The position numbers and the translations under genes are program-made. Below are positions 33,762-43,647 of a stretch of 64,000 nt of DNA, in pieces (position 1 is the stretch's first letter; every line of letters begins with the position of its first letter). Below the pieces are notes generated by a model, which had not been told where the DNA came from, did no database searches, and saw nothing but the letters and a program-made list of their open reading frames with translations. This stretch comes from Candidatus Woesebacteria bacterium (GTDB lineage: Bacteria; Patescibacteriota; Microgenomatia; UBA8517), in assembly GCA_013374855.1 (NCBI GenBank), contig CP055308.1, forward strand, positions 725,310-789,309, given 5' to 3'.

Positions 33762-34138
33762 AAAGTGGCCTCTGGATAAACAACCAATCTATCTGTATCT
33801 ATCATTTTGCCACAGCTTTCACAAATACCATACTTCCCAATCTTAATCCTTGCCAAAGCTTTCCTCGTTTGGATAATCTTGCGGTCCACTTCTTTTCTAA
33901 TTGCACTAACTCTGGCATGACCAAATTGTTCTGCCGCATCATCATCAGGAGAAGCATTACTGACCAATCTTTCTGTATCTTGAAAAGGATCTTCTTTAAC
34001 TATTCTGTCTCTGGTTCTCAGGAGATTACTAAGACTGCTTCTTAGAAACAAAGAGACCGGCTTCAAAACAGAAGCAGGAAAACGAACTATTCTATCTTCC
34101 CTTTCTTTTCCTTTAATTTCTCCTTTCTTACTTTTCAT
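33728..34138 (-). CDS. TraR/DksA C4 zinc-finger protein
   Basis: ALARIKIGKYGICESCG...RL...LCAKC. Confidence 0.88.
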   Translation of the reverse strand: MKSKKGEIKGKEREDRIVRFPASVLKPVSLFLRSSLSNLLRTRDRIVKEDPFQDTERLVSNASPDDDAAEQFGHARVSAIRKEVDRKIIQTRKALARIKIGKYGICESCGKMIDTDRLVVYPEATLCAKCQAEKEK

Positions 34139-34731
34139 CTTGATAAGAACAATAATAACAAAAAAAACAAAAAAGCAAAAGCTACTGATAAGATTTTATC
34201 CGCACTACCTGCAAAGGATAGCATAAAAGGAAAAAAATATGCAACCAGAAAACGAATTAGGAAAAAAACAATTGAAACACTAAGACCGGAAAAACCAATT
34301 TTACCCGACTTGTACCAAGTGAATTGTTTGTATCTCAGATTCAAAAATACATAAAGCAAAATTAGTAACCAAATAAGAACAAATCCTAAAAAGGAAAACC
34401 AGCTTAAAGTCTTCATTGCATCAAGTAAAAATATGAAGCTAAACCAGGGTAAGATGGAAATAAAAGAAGCCTCATATGTCTCAAAAAAACGAAGCTTAAA
34501 TCTCCAGACAGAAAACAGAACAGAAATCAAGAAAACAAAGAAGGCAGCCCAAAACCAAAAGTCCGTTGAGTAAAAATTTAGAACCAAAAACAAAAGACAA
34601 AAACCAATAATTATCAAGAAAGAGGTCGAAAATATCTGAGATGAAGTATAGTCTTCCTTCATTTTCTTCCAAAAAAGAAAAAGGAAGATAAAAATTCCCA
34701 GCAAATTAAAGAAAAAAACATAAAACAGCAT
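34135..34731 (-). CDS. Membrane protein of unknown function
   Basis: Highly hydrophobic; WYKSGKIG. Confidence 0.65.
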   Translation of the reverse strand: MLFYVFFFNLLGIFIFLFLFWKKMKEDYTSSQIFSTSFLIIIGFCLLFLVLNFYSTDFWFWAAFFVFLISVLFSVWRFKLRFFETYEASFISILPWFSFIFLLDAMKTLSWFSFLGFVLIWLLILLYVFLNLRYKQFTWYKSGKIGFSGLSVSIVFFLIRFLVAYFFPFMLSFAGSADKILSVAFAFLFFLLLLFLSR

Positions 34732-34874
34732 AAATTCAAACAATTATAACATTAAGCACAAATAAGTAAAAAATATAACACTAGCAATGAATCTCAAATA
34801 AATTGCGCTCTGTGCTTTTGCTGTTTTTCACAACACTGTTGACCTTATGGATCAAAAAATATAAAATAAAGCTT

Positions 34875-35336
34875 GTGCTTGAGACACCACATACATTAGT
34901 TGGGGCCGCACTGGCTACCAAAATTCCAAACCCATTTATTTCTCTGCCACTTGCGCTAGCAAGTCATTTTATTCTTGATAAACTGCCTCACTGGAACCCA
35001 CATCTTTATACCGAAAAAAAAGAAAATGGAAAAATAAGCAAAAAATCATTTGCCATCGTAGTTCTTGATTCCTCAGTAGCTCTTGTAAGTGGAATATTAA
35101 TTGCCTTAACTCAATCAAAAAGCATTATGCATTTCTTCATAATAATAGCTGCTTGTTTCCTATCAGTTCTTCCTGACATAGTCGAATCTCCCTATTTTTT
35201 CTTAAATAAAAAATCCGTCCTAATGGAAAAATGGGTTATTTTTCAAAAATCGATACAAAACAACAGCAATTTTCTCTGGGGAATAACAACTCAAATAATA
35301 ACAGCAGGAGCAGCTATATGGTGGATATTAGGTTGA
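34875..35336 (+). CDS. Putative membrane-bound metal-dependent hydrolase
   Basis: GTG start; PH..., SHFILDKLPHW, LPD motifs; TTGACC-17-TAAAAT upstream. Confidence 0.65.
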   Translation: MLETPHTLVGAALATKIPNPFISLPLALASHFILDKLPHWNPHLYTEKKENGKISKKSFAIVVLDSSVALVSGILIALTQSKSIMHFFIIIAACFLSVLPDIVESPYFFLNKKSVLMEKWVIFQKSIQNNSNFLWGITTQIITAGAAIWWILG

Positions 35337-35343
35337 AAGCACT

Positions 35344-35907
35344 TTAGTCTTTAGCTCTTTCCACATACTGGCCTGTCCTAGTGTCAACTCTTATTAAATC
35401 CCCCTTATTTATAAAAAGTGGCACTTTAACATCAAGACCATTCTCCAGCTTGGCGGGCTTGTAGACATTAGTAGCAGAATTACCTTTGACCCCCGGTGTA
35501 GTATCCACTACCCTCAAAACAACCTTCGGTGGAATAGAAACTGAAAGTGGTTTGTCTTCCCAAAAAAGAACATCAACAGCATCACCCTCTTTAAGATAAT
35601 GGATCTCGTTTTCAATAACATCAACAGATATTTCCACCTGCTCAAAAGTAGAAGGGTCTAAAAAAAAGGCAGAATTGCTGTCAGAATAAAGAAAATTAAG
35701 TTTTTTCTTTGAGGTTAGCACTTCTTCAACTTTAATATTGGAACTAAATGTCTTGTCTTCAACCGAACCATCTATCAAATTACGTGCAGTTACCCTTACA
35801 ATAGCCCCACCCCGCCCCATCTTAATAAGGCTATATTTTATAACCTGATACGGCTTTCCATTTGCAAGAAAAGCTACTCCAGCTTTTAAGTCAGTTGCTC
35901 CGATCAT
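35344..35907 (-). CDS. efp: Elongation factor P
   Basis: ATDLKAG, KMGRGGA loop, PGVKGNSA, VPLFI, VDTRTG. Confidence 0.95.
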   Translation of the reverse strand: MIGATDLKAGVAFLANGKPYQVIKYSLIKMGRGGAIVRVTARNLIDGSVEDKTFSSNIKVEEVLTSKKKLNFLYSDSNSAFFLDPSTFEQVEISVDVIENEIHYLKEGDAVDVLFWEDKPLSVSIPPKVVLRVVDTTPGVKGNSATNVYKPAKLENGLDVKVPLFINKGDLIRVDTRTGQYVERAKD

Positions 35908-36015
35908 ACAAGGCTTTATTTTATCTCTAGCACAGAACAAGAGTCAACAACACAAATAGCATTCTATTCCTCTTAATTTTTAAGATTTATGATAAAATAT
36001 AACTTGCACTTTTGA

Positions 36016-36101
36016 GGGCAAGTGCTGAAATTGGCAGACAGGCAAGTCTCAAAAACTTGTGGTGCGAAAGCATCGTGAGGGTTCGAATCCCTCCTTGCCC
36101 A
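36016..36101 (+). tRNA. tRNA-Leu(CAA)
   Basis: GGGCAAG/CTTGCCC acceptor, anticodon stem CAAGT/ACTTG with CAA at 36050-52, long variable arm, GTTCGAATC; CCA not encoded. Confidence 0.96.
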
Positions 36102-36166
36102 CCCTCAACCATCATTAGAATTTAGACATAAAAATCTAATTCCCAAATCATAAATTTTCATCTCCA

Positions 36167-37477
36167 CTACTCCCTCTTTGTCTCCCTCCCATAAAATCTA
36201 ATCCTATCCCCCTTGAAGTAAAGCTTAATAGAAGAGAGGGGACCATTCCGATGTTTGGCTATATCGAGTGTAACATTCTCTAGATTCTCCTCATCATCAC
36301 GCCAAAGAAACATAACAACATCTGCATCCTGCTCTATAGAACCCGATTCACGAAGATCCGCCAATTGTGGCCTCTTCTCTCCCCTCTGTTCAACCGCTCG
36401 TGAAAGTTGAGACAAAGCAAGAACTGGAATCTTAAGCTCGCGAGCTAAATTTTTAAGACCCTGAGAAATTTCAGAAACCTCCTGAACCCTGTTCTCCAAT
36501 TGGCGTGATCGTGCAAGCTGCAAGTAATCCACAATAAGCAAATCTATACCCACATCAATCTGTAACTTTCTTGCTCTTGTTCTCATTTCCATAATAGACA
36601 AAGCTGGGGTGTCATCAATATAAATAGGGGCTTCTGCCAAAACACCCATCGCATTGGAAAGAGCGGTGAAATCATCCTCTGACAATTTACCTGTTTTTAG
36701 TCTCCAGGCATCAATATCTGCTTGAGCAACCAAAAGCCTGTCCACAAGCTCCTCTTTGCTCATTTCCAAAGAAAATATAGCAACAGGGCGAGAATACTCA
36801 ACAGCCAAATTTTGAGCGATATTTAAGGCAAGAGTTGTCTTCCCCACACCAGGACGAGCAGCCAAAATCAAAAGATTAGATCTTTGCATCCCAGCCAACA
36901 CATTATCAAGATCCTTAAAACCCGTTGGCACACCTCTTAACCCTTCAGCCTGTTTATGCAACTCATCTAACCTATCAAAACTTTCAGCTAAAGCTTCTCT
37001 CACTGGTGTGAAAGTACGAAAAACATGTTTTTGGGAGATGGAAAAAATTTGAGATTCTGCTTTATCAAGAAGCTCATCCGCTGAAATACCCTCATCAAAA
37101 GACATTTCAACCACTTTACTTGCAATAGAAATAAGATTTCTTCTTGTTGATAAATCTTTAACTATCTTTGCATAATGCTCAACATGGGCTGCTGTTGGAA
37201 CCTGAGATGCAAGCTCTGCCAAATAAGAAGAACCCCCTGCTTTCTTAAGCATTTTTTTCTTTTTCAATTTATCACTAACCGTCAATATATCAATCGGCGA
37301 CCTCTCTTCATAGAGAGAAAGACATGCTTCAAAAATAAGTCTGTGTGCAGTTTCATAAAAATCTTCAGGTAGCAAAATTTCAGCAACCGCAATAATTGCG
37401 TGTTTGTCGATAAGCAATGAACCCAACACTGAACTTTCTGCTTCCTTTGAGTAAGGAGGAACTCGCAAATCTGACAT
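36167..37477 (-). CDS. dnaB: Replicative DNA helicase
   Basis: AARPGVGKT, FSLEM, DYLQL, SQLSR, LRESGSIEQDAD, KHRNG. Confidence 0.97.
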   Translation of the reverse strand: MSDLRVPPYSKEAESSVLGSLLIDKHAIIAVAEILLPEDFYETAHRLIFEACLSLYEERSPIDILTVSDKLKKKKMLKKAGGSSYLAELASQVPTAAHVEHYAKIVKDLSTRRNLISIASKVVEMSFDEGISADELLDKAESQIFSISQKHVFRTFTPVREALAESFDRLDELHKQAEGLRGVPTGFKDLDNVLAGMQRSNLLILAARPGVGKTTLALNIAQNLAVEYSRPVAIFSLEMSKEELVDRLLVAQADIDAWRLKTGKLSEDDFTALSNAMGVLAEAPIYIDDTPALSIMEMRTRARKLQIDVGIDLLIVDYLQLARSRQLENRVQEVSEISQGLKNLARELKIPVLALSQLSRAVEQRGEKRPQLADLRESGSIEQDADVVMFLWRDDEENLENVTLDIAKHRNGPLSSIKLYFKGDRIRFYGRETKRE

Positions 37478-37495
37478 ATTTAAAAGAAGGCAGAA

Positions 37496-38143
37496 TTATT
37501 TACGCTCAAGCAAAAACACCCTCTGATCTTCACTCAAATCTTCTGGTCTTAAAGAAAGTTTGGCTGCTTTCTCTACTGGCAGTAAGGATTCCTTAAGAAA
37601 CTCTTCCACTGGCAACAAACCATCAAAATAATCTCTATTTATACCTTCAAAACAAAAATGCATTGGCACCACAATCTGTGGCTCAAGAAGCTTTACCATT
37701 TCTACAGCTTCTTTAGGCCCAAGTGAATACTTACCACCAACCGGAACAATCAATACATTAACTTCTCCAATTTCTTCCACCAATTTATCGGATATAATAT
37801 GACCCAGATCACCAAGATGCAAAACTTTTATACCCTCCACCTCCAAAAGATAAATGGTGTTTTTCCCCCTTTCTTCCCCACTTCTTTTGTCATGAAAGGT
37901 AGAGTATCCAAAAATTGAAATTCCACCCACCTCATACTCACCGGGAAAAGAAATTACCTTCCGATATCCTCGGGCTCTTTCAATACAACTATGATCGGGA
38001 TGGGTGTGACTTACAAGAACAACATCCACTTCTTGAATTGGCAAAGGAATACCAACCATTTTGGGGTCAAAAGGATCAACTAAGACTTTTGTCTGTTTTG
38101 ATTTTATATTAAAGCAGGCATGACCCAAATAAGATATATCCAT
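37496..38143 (-). CDS. MBL-fold metallo-hydrolase
   Basis: MDISYLGHACF, SHTHPDH, HLGDLGH, PMH. Confidence 0.9.
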   Translation of the reverse strand: MDISYLGHACFNIKSKQTKVLVDPFDPKMVGIPLPIQEVDVVLVSHTHPDHSCIERARGYRKVISFPGEYEVGGISIFGYSTFHDKRSGEERGKNTIYLLEVEGIKVLHLGDLGHIISDKLVEEIGEVNVLIVPVGGKYSLGPKEAVEMVKLLEPQIVVPMHFCFEGINRDYFDGLLPVEEFLKESLLPVEKAAKLSLRPEDLSEDQRVFLLERK

Positions 38144-38259
38144 ACCATGGATACTAACAAACCAGAAAAAAATTGGCAATACCCACAATTGAATAGCAAT
38201 AAAATCCCTTGACAAAAACGGTTTATAAATTTATATTTAAGCCCGAAGCCCAAAAATTT

Positions 38260-38688
38260 ATGCGAAAAGAAATTTTCTTTGCACTCTTAACGGGAATAGC
38301 TTTTGGCTTAGTAGTCGCCTTTGGAATCTGGAAAACTAATTACAAGACAGAACCAACCTCCGAGGAAAAACAAACTATCATCTCAGAAAACAAAGAAAAA
38401 CAACAAGAAAAAGAAACCAGCAACGGAATTACAATATTTAAACCAGAAGAAAACGAAATTTTAAATCAAGAAACTACTATAATCGAAGGCATAACAGAAC
38501 CTAACGCTAAATTAGCCATTTCTGCTGAAGAAAAAGATTATTTAATAACCGCTGACCAAAATGGTGGATTCAGCCAAGAAATAAAACTAACAGGAGGAAT
38601 AAACGAAATTTTAATCACCGCATTTACCCAAAAAGGAGAAGTTAATACACTACTGCCCATCGTTTACTCAAAAGAATTTGAAAGATGA
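38260..38688 (+). CDS. Membrane-anchored Ig-like domain protein
   Basis: N-terminal TM; IEGITEPNA...GGF...GINEILITA. Confidence 0.6.
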   Translation: MRKEIFFALLTGIAFGLVVAFGIWKTNYKTEPTSEEKQTIISENKEKQQEKETSNGITIFKPEENEILNQETTIIEGITEPNAKLAISAEEKDYLITADQNGGFSQEIKLTGGINEILITAFTQKGEVNTLLPIVYSKEFER

Positions 38689-39326
38689 TAAACAAAAAAA
38701 TCACAATCACAATTTTTATTACACTTGCCTTAGTCAAGACGTGCCCAATTAAGGCTCAAGATGTTTCAACCTCCTCCGATGAAATCAGAAAAAAAGTGCA
38801 AGAAAAGATAGCTCAAATAAGTCAAAAGCCAAAGGGGTACGTTGGCACAATCACAGATATTTCAACCAACACCATCCAAGCAAGAAAATACATATTTGAT
38901 AATAACAACAAAAAAACAGGTGATATTTTCCAAATAAAGATAACTGAAAACACTAGCTTTTCAGACAATAAAGAGACCGCAAGACAAATAAAGTTTCAGG
39001 ACTTGGCAATTGGTGATTTTGCCATATTTATGGGTAAGGGAGTAAACGGAGGAACTTTTGAAGCATCAAGAATAGTTGTTATAAAACCACTTGCCCCAAT
39101 CAAAAGAGCGAGCTTAAGATTGAAAATAACAAAGGTAGAAAAACAAAAAATAATCGCTTCAAGTTCAAACGGAGACTATACAATAATAACTGACAAAAAC
39201 ACATCTATAGTTGATTCCAAAGGTAAAAAAACTGACACAAAGGATTTAGAAAAAGAGACTTCAATAATAGTCTGTGGCGAAAAAGAAGAAAAAACAATCA
39301 AAGCAAGAACAATATTTTTGGAATAA
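38685..39326 (+). CDS. Exported protein with two OB-like repeats
   Basis: Signal peptide; repeated IT.NT...DL pattern. Confidence 0.55.
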   Translation: MINKKITITIFITLALVKTCPIKAQDVSTSSDEIRKKVQEKIAQISQKPKGYVGTITDISTNTIQARKYIFDNNNKKTGDIFQIKITENTSFSDNKETARQIKFQDLAIGDFAIFMGKGVNGGTFEASRIVVIKPLAPIKRASLRLKITKVEKQKIIASSSNGDYTIITDKNTSIVDSKGKKTDTKDLEKETSIIVCGEKEEKTIKARTIFLE

Positions 39327-39403
39327 AAGCAAAAATTAATTTTCACTCTCCCGTTTATCTGTAGCAATTGAAAGATCTCTCTCATTTTTTCTATAATTTT
39401 GCA

Positions 39404-40321
39404 ATGCCCAACAACAAAAGATTAAAAGCATACCTATACCTACTTTTAGTATCTATAATTTGGGGTGCAGCAGGACCTGTAATTAAGTATACCCTTTCCG
39501 GTATCTCTGCTATACCATTTCTGTTCTATCGTTTTCTTATTTCCTCTACAATTTCTTTAATAATTCTTTTAAAAAACAAAAATCTGTTTCCTCCACTCTC
39601 AAAATTACCACTTGTAATACTATACTCAATCTTTGCTGTAAGCCTTTCACTCGGTTTCCTTTTCATGGGGCTTGAAAAAACCACAATGCTTGAAACCGTT
39701 ATTATTACCACCTTCAATCCTCTTCTTATAACATTAGCTGGAGCATTGTTTTTCAGAGATCAAATAACCAAACAAGAAAAACTCGGAACCGCTATCGCAT
39801 TTGCCGGCACTGCTATTGCTGTATCTCAACCTTTGTTTAATGGAGAAGATGGCACCACTCTTTCGGGAAACATTCTGGTTTTTTCCTACTTAATTACCAA
39901 CACCGCCGGGGCTATACTTGCCAAAAAATTAGCAAGAAATAACATATCGCCAACTTTCACTTCCAACTTTTCTTTTATCATCGGTCTTATCACACTTACT
40001 CCCTTTGCTCTAAAAGAAAAGGAACTAGCCTTCCAATCAATTTATAACTTAAGTCCCAACTTCCATCTTGGTGTTTTGTACATGGCAATTATTTCCGGGA
40101 ATTTAGCCTACTACCTTTGGGTTAGAGGACAAAAAACAATAGAAATAAGCGAGGCGTCACTTTTTTCCTATCTTCAACCTCTGTTTTCCACCCCACTTGC
40201 CGTACTTTGGCTTGGAGAGACAATAACCCCAATATTTATAATAGGAGCAACTCTTATTGCAACAGGTGTGACAATTGCAGAAAGCAAAAAAAGTCTTGTT
40301 GCCTCATTAAGAAGGCAGTGA
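39404..40321 (+). CDS. DMT/EamA family transporter
   Basis: IIWG, ten TM, SEASLFSYLQP, LGE. Confidence 0.9.
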   Translation: MPNNKRLKAYLYLLLVSIIWGAAGPVIKYTLSGISAIPFLFYRFLISSTISLIILLKNKNLFPPLSKLPLVILYSIFAVSLSLGFLFMGLEKTTMLETVIITTFNPLLITLAGALFFRDQITKQEKLGTAIAFAGTAIAVSQPLFNGEDGTTLSGNILVFSYLITNTAGAILAKKLARNNISPTFTSNFSFIIGLITLTPFALKEKELAFQSIYNLSPNFHLGVLYMAIISGNLAYYLWVRGQKTIEISEASLFSYLQPLFSTPLAVLWLGETITPIFIIGATLIATGVTIAESKKSLVASLRRQ

Positions 40322-40327
40322 TATAAT
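40299..40327 (+). promoter_or_regulatory. Promoter yielding leaderless rpmE mRNA
   Basis: TTGCCT, 17 nt, TGa-TATAAT; ATG exactly 7 nt after the -10 hexamer. Confidence 0.7.
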
Positions 40328-40333
40328 TTAATT

Positions 40334-40636
40334 ATGAAAGCGGGAATTCATCCAAAATGGTATCCGGATTGTAAAGTAACCTGTGCTTGTGGAAACACAT
40401 TCACAATTGGTGCAGCAGTGCCTGAGATAAAAGTTGAAGTATGTTCAGCTTGTCACCCATTTTACACAGGTCAAATGAAATATGTCGACACATCGGGCCG
40501 TGTTGAAGCTTTCTTAAACAAAAGAAGCAAAGCTAAAAAGAAAGTTATTTCCAAGAAAGAAAAGAGGCTTCTCAAGAAACAAAAAAGGATTGAAAAAGAG
40601 CTTGAAAAACCTGAAACTTTGGCTGAATTAAGATAA
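40334..40636 (+). CDS. rpmE: 50S ribosomal protein L31 with basic C-terminal extension
   Basis: [29 protein letters not shown]. Confidence 0.95.
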   Translation: MKAGIHPKWYPDCKVTCACGNTFTIGAAVPEIKVEVCSACHPFYTGQMKYVDTSGRVEAFLNKRSKAKKKVISKKEKRLLKKQKRIEKELEKPETLAELR

Positions 40637-40659
40637 AATCTTCCTCTAAACTAGACTCT

Positions 40660-41355
40660 ATGGAAAACTTCCAAACTATATACATTGAAGTAAAAGGTGC
40701 AACAGGTGGAGACGAGGCGAAATTGTGGGCAACAGATCTATTGAGAATGTACCTAAAATATGCAACGCGCAAAGGATGGAAAGCCGCTCCTGCAGATGAA
40801 AATACACTTATTGTAAAAGGCTTTGAGGCCTTTGATTGTCTTAAAAATGAAACAGGAGTACACCGCGTTCAAAGAATACCAGTAACAGAAAAAAGAGGAC
40901 GAATTCACACTTCAACCGCCACAGTTGTAGTATTGCCTGAAATAAAAGAAAGCGAAATAAATATTGATCCAAAAGACATTGAGATTCAATTTTTCAGAGC
41001 TGGCGGTCACGGCGGACAAAATGTGAACAAAGTTTCAACTGCAGTAAGAATAATTCATAAACCCACAGGAATTGTAACAACAGCTTCTCAAGAAAGGTTT
41101 CAGGAACAAAACAGACAAATTGCAATGTCTTTGCTTCGCTCAAGACTTTGGGAATTAGAAGAAGAAAGAAAATCAAGAGAAATAGCAAATTACCGCTCCC
41201 CTATTGGAAGAGGAAAAAGATCAGAAAAAATAAGAACCTATAATTTTCCCCAAGACAGATTAACTGACCACAGAATCGGCAAATCTTTTGGAAATCTCGA
41301 AGACATACTTGATGGCAATCTAGACAAAGTAATAGAACTAACAAAAAATTTGTAA
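40660..41355 (+). CDS. prfA: Peptide chain release factor 1 lacking N-terminal domain 1
   Basis: [15 protein letters not shown] (PxT), [21 protein letters not shown]. Confidence 0.85.
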   Translation: MENFQTIYIEVKGATGGDEAKLWATDLLRMYLKYATRKGWKAAPADENTLIVKGFEAFDCLKNETGVHRVQRIPVTEKRGRIHTSTATVVVLPEIKESEINIDPKDIEIQFFRAGGHGGQNVNKVSTAVRIIHKPTGIVTTASQERFQEQNRQIAMSLLRSRLWELEEERKSREIANYRSPIGRGKRSEKIRTYNFPQDRLTDHRIGKSFGNLEDILDGNLDKVIELTKNL

Positions 41356-41370
41356 AGCAGAGAAAAGAAA

Positions 41371-42171
41371 CTAGGATCTAAAATCCATTAGCTCTCCCCT
41401 TTTCTGCAAAATACCAAATAACATTTTCCCAATTTTTCTAATTCTTAAAACTGCCTGAGATATTCTTTTATCTGAGACCATAGCTCCCATAAAATAATGT
41501 TTTCCCCCCAATTCAAATATGCCACAATTATTTACCCAATAAACATCTTCAATTTTAGCTGTTCCAGTCTTTGTGCCCAAAATGTTTATCTCTATCTGAT
41601 CAAAAAGATAATAAATATTTCGAGAAGTTCGAAGTTTATCCCTCAAAAATTTCCAATTCTTCCCACTTTTAGAATAAATAAACTGGAAAATAGTCAAGAA
41701 ATCAAAAAGTGAAAATTTACTAACCACTTCATCATTTTTTTCCAACAAAACGGCATTTTTCAACCCCCATATATTCTTTGCTCTGTCCTGTAGAAATTTT
41801 CTCTCTGGTAGGAATTCTTTGGATAAAATCAAAGTTGAACTGTTGCAACTGTATTTAATCATCAGCCCCATTAAGGTCAATGCATCAACAAAAACCCTAT
41901 TTTTTCCACCAACTATATCAACCAACACATCGGTACCGGTGCCCTCCAAATCATTTTTTTGAACCTTGACAACTCTGTTCTTTATCTTGCCTTCATCAAT
42001 CAATCTTAACAACTCTGCAGCCAAAAAAACTTTTACAAGACTTGCAGCGGGAAGAGCTGTCTTGGCGTTCTTTTCGTAAATCACGCAGCAAGCTCCATCT
42101 TTTAATAATTCAGCCAGAAGAAAAGATTCAGAAATTAAGCCAGACATTTTCATCCTTATAACTAACTTCAA
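41371..42171 (-). CDS. Serine beta-lactamase/PBP-fold hydrolase without signal peptide (start probably ATG 42153 or 42147)
   Basis: AASLVK (SxxK), YSCN (SxN), TKTG. Confidence 0.8.
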   Translation of the reverse strand: MKLVIRMKMSGLISESFLLAELLKDGACCVIYEKNAKTALPAASLVKVFLAAELLRLIDEGKIKNRVVKVQKNDLEGTGTDVLVDIVGGKNRVFVDALTLMGLMIKYSCNSSTLILSKEFLPERKFLQDRAKNIWGLKNAVLLEKNDEVVSKFSLFDFLTIFQFIYSKSGKNWKFLRDKLRTSRNIYYLFDQIEINILGTKTGTAKIEDVYWVNNCGIFELGGKHYFMGAMVSDKRISQAVLRIRKIGKMLFGILQKRGELMDFRS

Positions 42172-42172
42172 G

Positions 42173-43438
42173 TCAACTAACTATCTTCATGGGAACAGAA
42201 AAACCAGTACCAGCGTTTATTTTTCCTTTTGAGGATCCAAACTGAGATTCCAAACAACCAAACCCTTCTACACTAACTTTTATCTCTTCGTTATCGTTCC
42301 ACCAATAAACTCTATGCAAAATTCTGACCTCTTCCTCATTACCCCCAATTCTTATTTTGGTGCGGAGAGGTTCAAGATCTTCTTGGCCAAGCCAAAATAC
42401 CTCATTATCAGGAACATCCTCCAACACTTCTCTTACTCTTCTAAGATTATTAGCATCCCCTCCATTTTTTCCATCCAACAAATTTTCAAACCCCCCAAAA
42501 TCACGATTTATTAGACAAACAAGAGCTTCTTTTGCCCAGGTGCGCAATCTATTATAATTTACCACATACTCAAAACCACCAGCCTCCAGTTTTATCCAAG
42601 GAAAAAAAGAAACAGTCTCCTTATCAACATTGCCATCAAACCAATATTGATTTGGAAATAGATCTGGTAATTCTCTAGAAACTAACAACAACCAGCCTCT
42701 GTATCCATAAAAAGAAGAAGTAAGAGAATTCACTATAGGTATTTTATGTCTTCTTATTACAAACTCCAGATCTCTAGAAAAACCAGATCTCACAAACTGC
42801 TCATTACTGCAAAACCTTAAAATAACATCCGGAACGTAACCACTATTATGATAATTATCCAAAAAGGTAGCTAAATCCAAAAAGTAAGCTTCTTTACCAG
42901 TTCGCTCAATCATTGCCCTAACCCGTTCGTAACCTCTCCAAAAAGGATTTTTCCTACTACCCAAAAGAAGAACTTTATTGTAATCACTACCGTTAAGCCA
43001 CTCCAGCATATGCCCCAAAAGAGAAGGTTGATTAGTCAGCCCAAGTTCTTCTTGTCTAAAATCCTGCAACCCCATTGCCTGAGCTCTTGGATTCACTTCA
43101 AGAATTCTAAATCCTTGAGTGGGATCTTTATAAACATCCAAGCCCCCATACATCATCCTAGACCCACCATAAGAATCAATAAGTAAACAGTCTTTCATAT
43201 AAGAAGAATCAGCGCCAATTTTACAAGCTTGGTCTAAACTAATAGGATTAAGTTCTATAAATTCAGATACCCTTCTAGCAATTGAAGAAAGCTCTTGATA
43301 ATCCTCTCCAGAAATTTCTAGAGGTTCGTCTGAAATTAACGTCTCCTGGATATTATCCCCTTCTGGACCAAAATAACGGGGGCTATTAGCATCAGGTAAA
43401 AGTCCTTTTCTCTCTATGCCAACAGATATTAAACTCAT
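42173..43438 (-). CDS. Putative circularly permuted ATP-grasp (GspS-like) ligase
   Basis: GLDVY...FRILEVN early in the protein, WIK, GQEDL, KINAGTG. Confidence 0.5.
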   Translation of the reverse strand: MSLISVGIERKGLLPDANSPRYFGPEGDNIQETLISDEPLEISGEDYQELSSIARRVSEFIELNPISLDQACKIGADSSYMKDCLLIDSYGGSRMMYGGLDVYKDPTQGFRILEVNPRAQAMGLQDFRQEELGLTNQPSLLGHMLEWLNGSDYNKVLLLGSRKNPFWRGYERVRAMIERTGKEAYFLDLATFLDNYHNSGYVPDVILRFCSNEQFVRSGFSRDLEFVIRRHKIPIVNSLTSSFYGYRGWLLLVSRELPDLFPNQYWFDGNVDKETVSFFPWIKLEAGGFEYVVNYNRLRTWAKEALVCLINRDFGGFENLLDGKNGGDANNLRRVREVLEDVPDNEVFWLGQEDLEPLRTKIRIGGNEEEVRILHRVYWWNDNEEIKVSVEGFGCLESQFGSSKGKINAGTGFSVPMKIVS

Positions 43439-43647
43439 ACTTTAGGAATAACGTTAATTATACTATACAAAAATTAATTTTTAAAATTCATAAGGGTAAA
43501 TTCCAACTAAAAATTAGAGTTAAAAAAACAACAAATTCAAAAAACAGACTATAACAACAAGAGGAAACACAACATAAAAAATCTGCTTTTTTAAGCTATT
43601 CTCTGGGAACTAAGGTTTAGAATTTATTTCTCAATTACCAAAGTAAC

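Noticed and set aside
36016-36120. tRNA-Leu as an integration site
   Set aside because: No adjacent integrase or duplicated 3' end; flanked by efp and dnaB
40600-40660. Programmed frameshift fusing L31 to RF1 (prfB-like)
   Set aside because: No CTT-TGA slippery site or internal SD; the factor has the RF1 PxT motif and its own ATG
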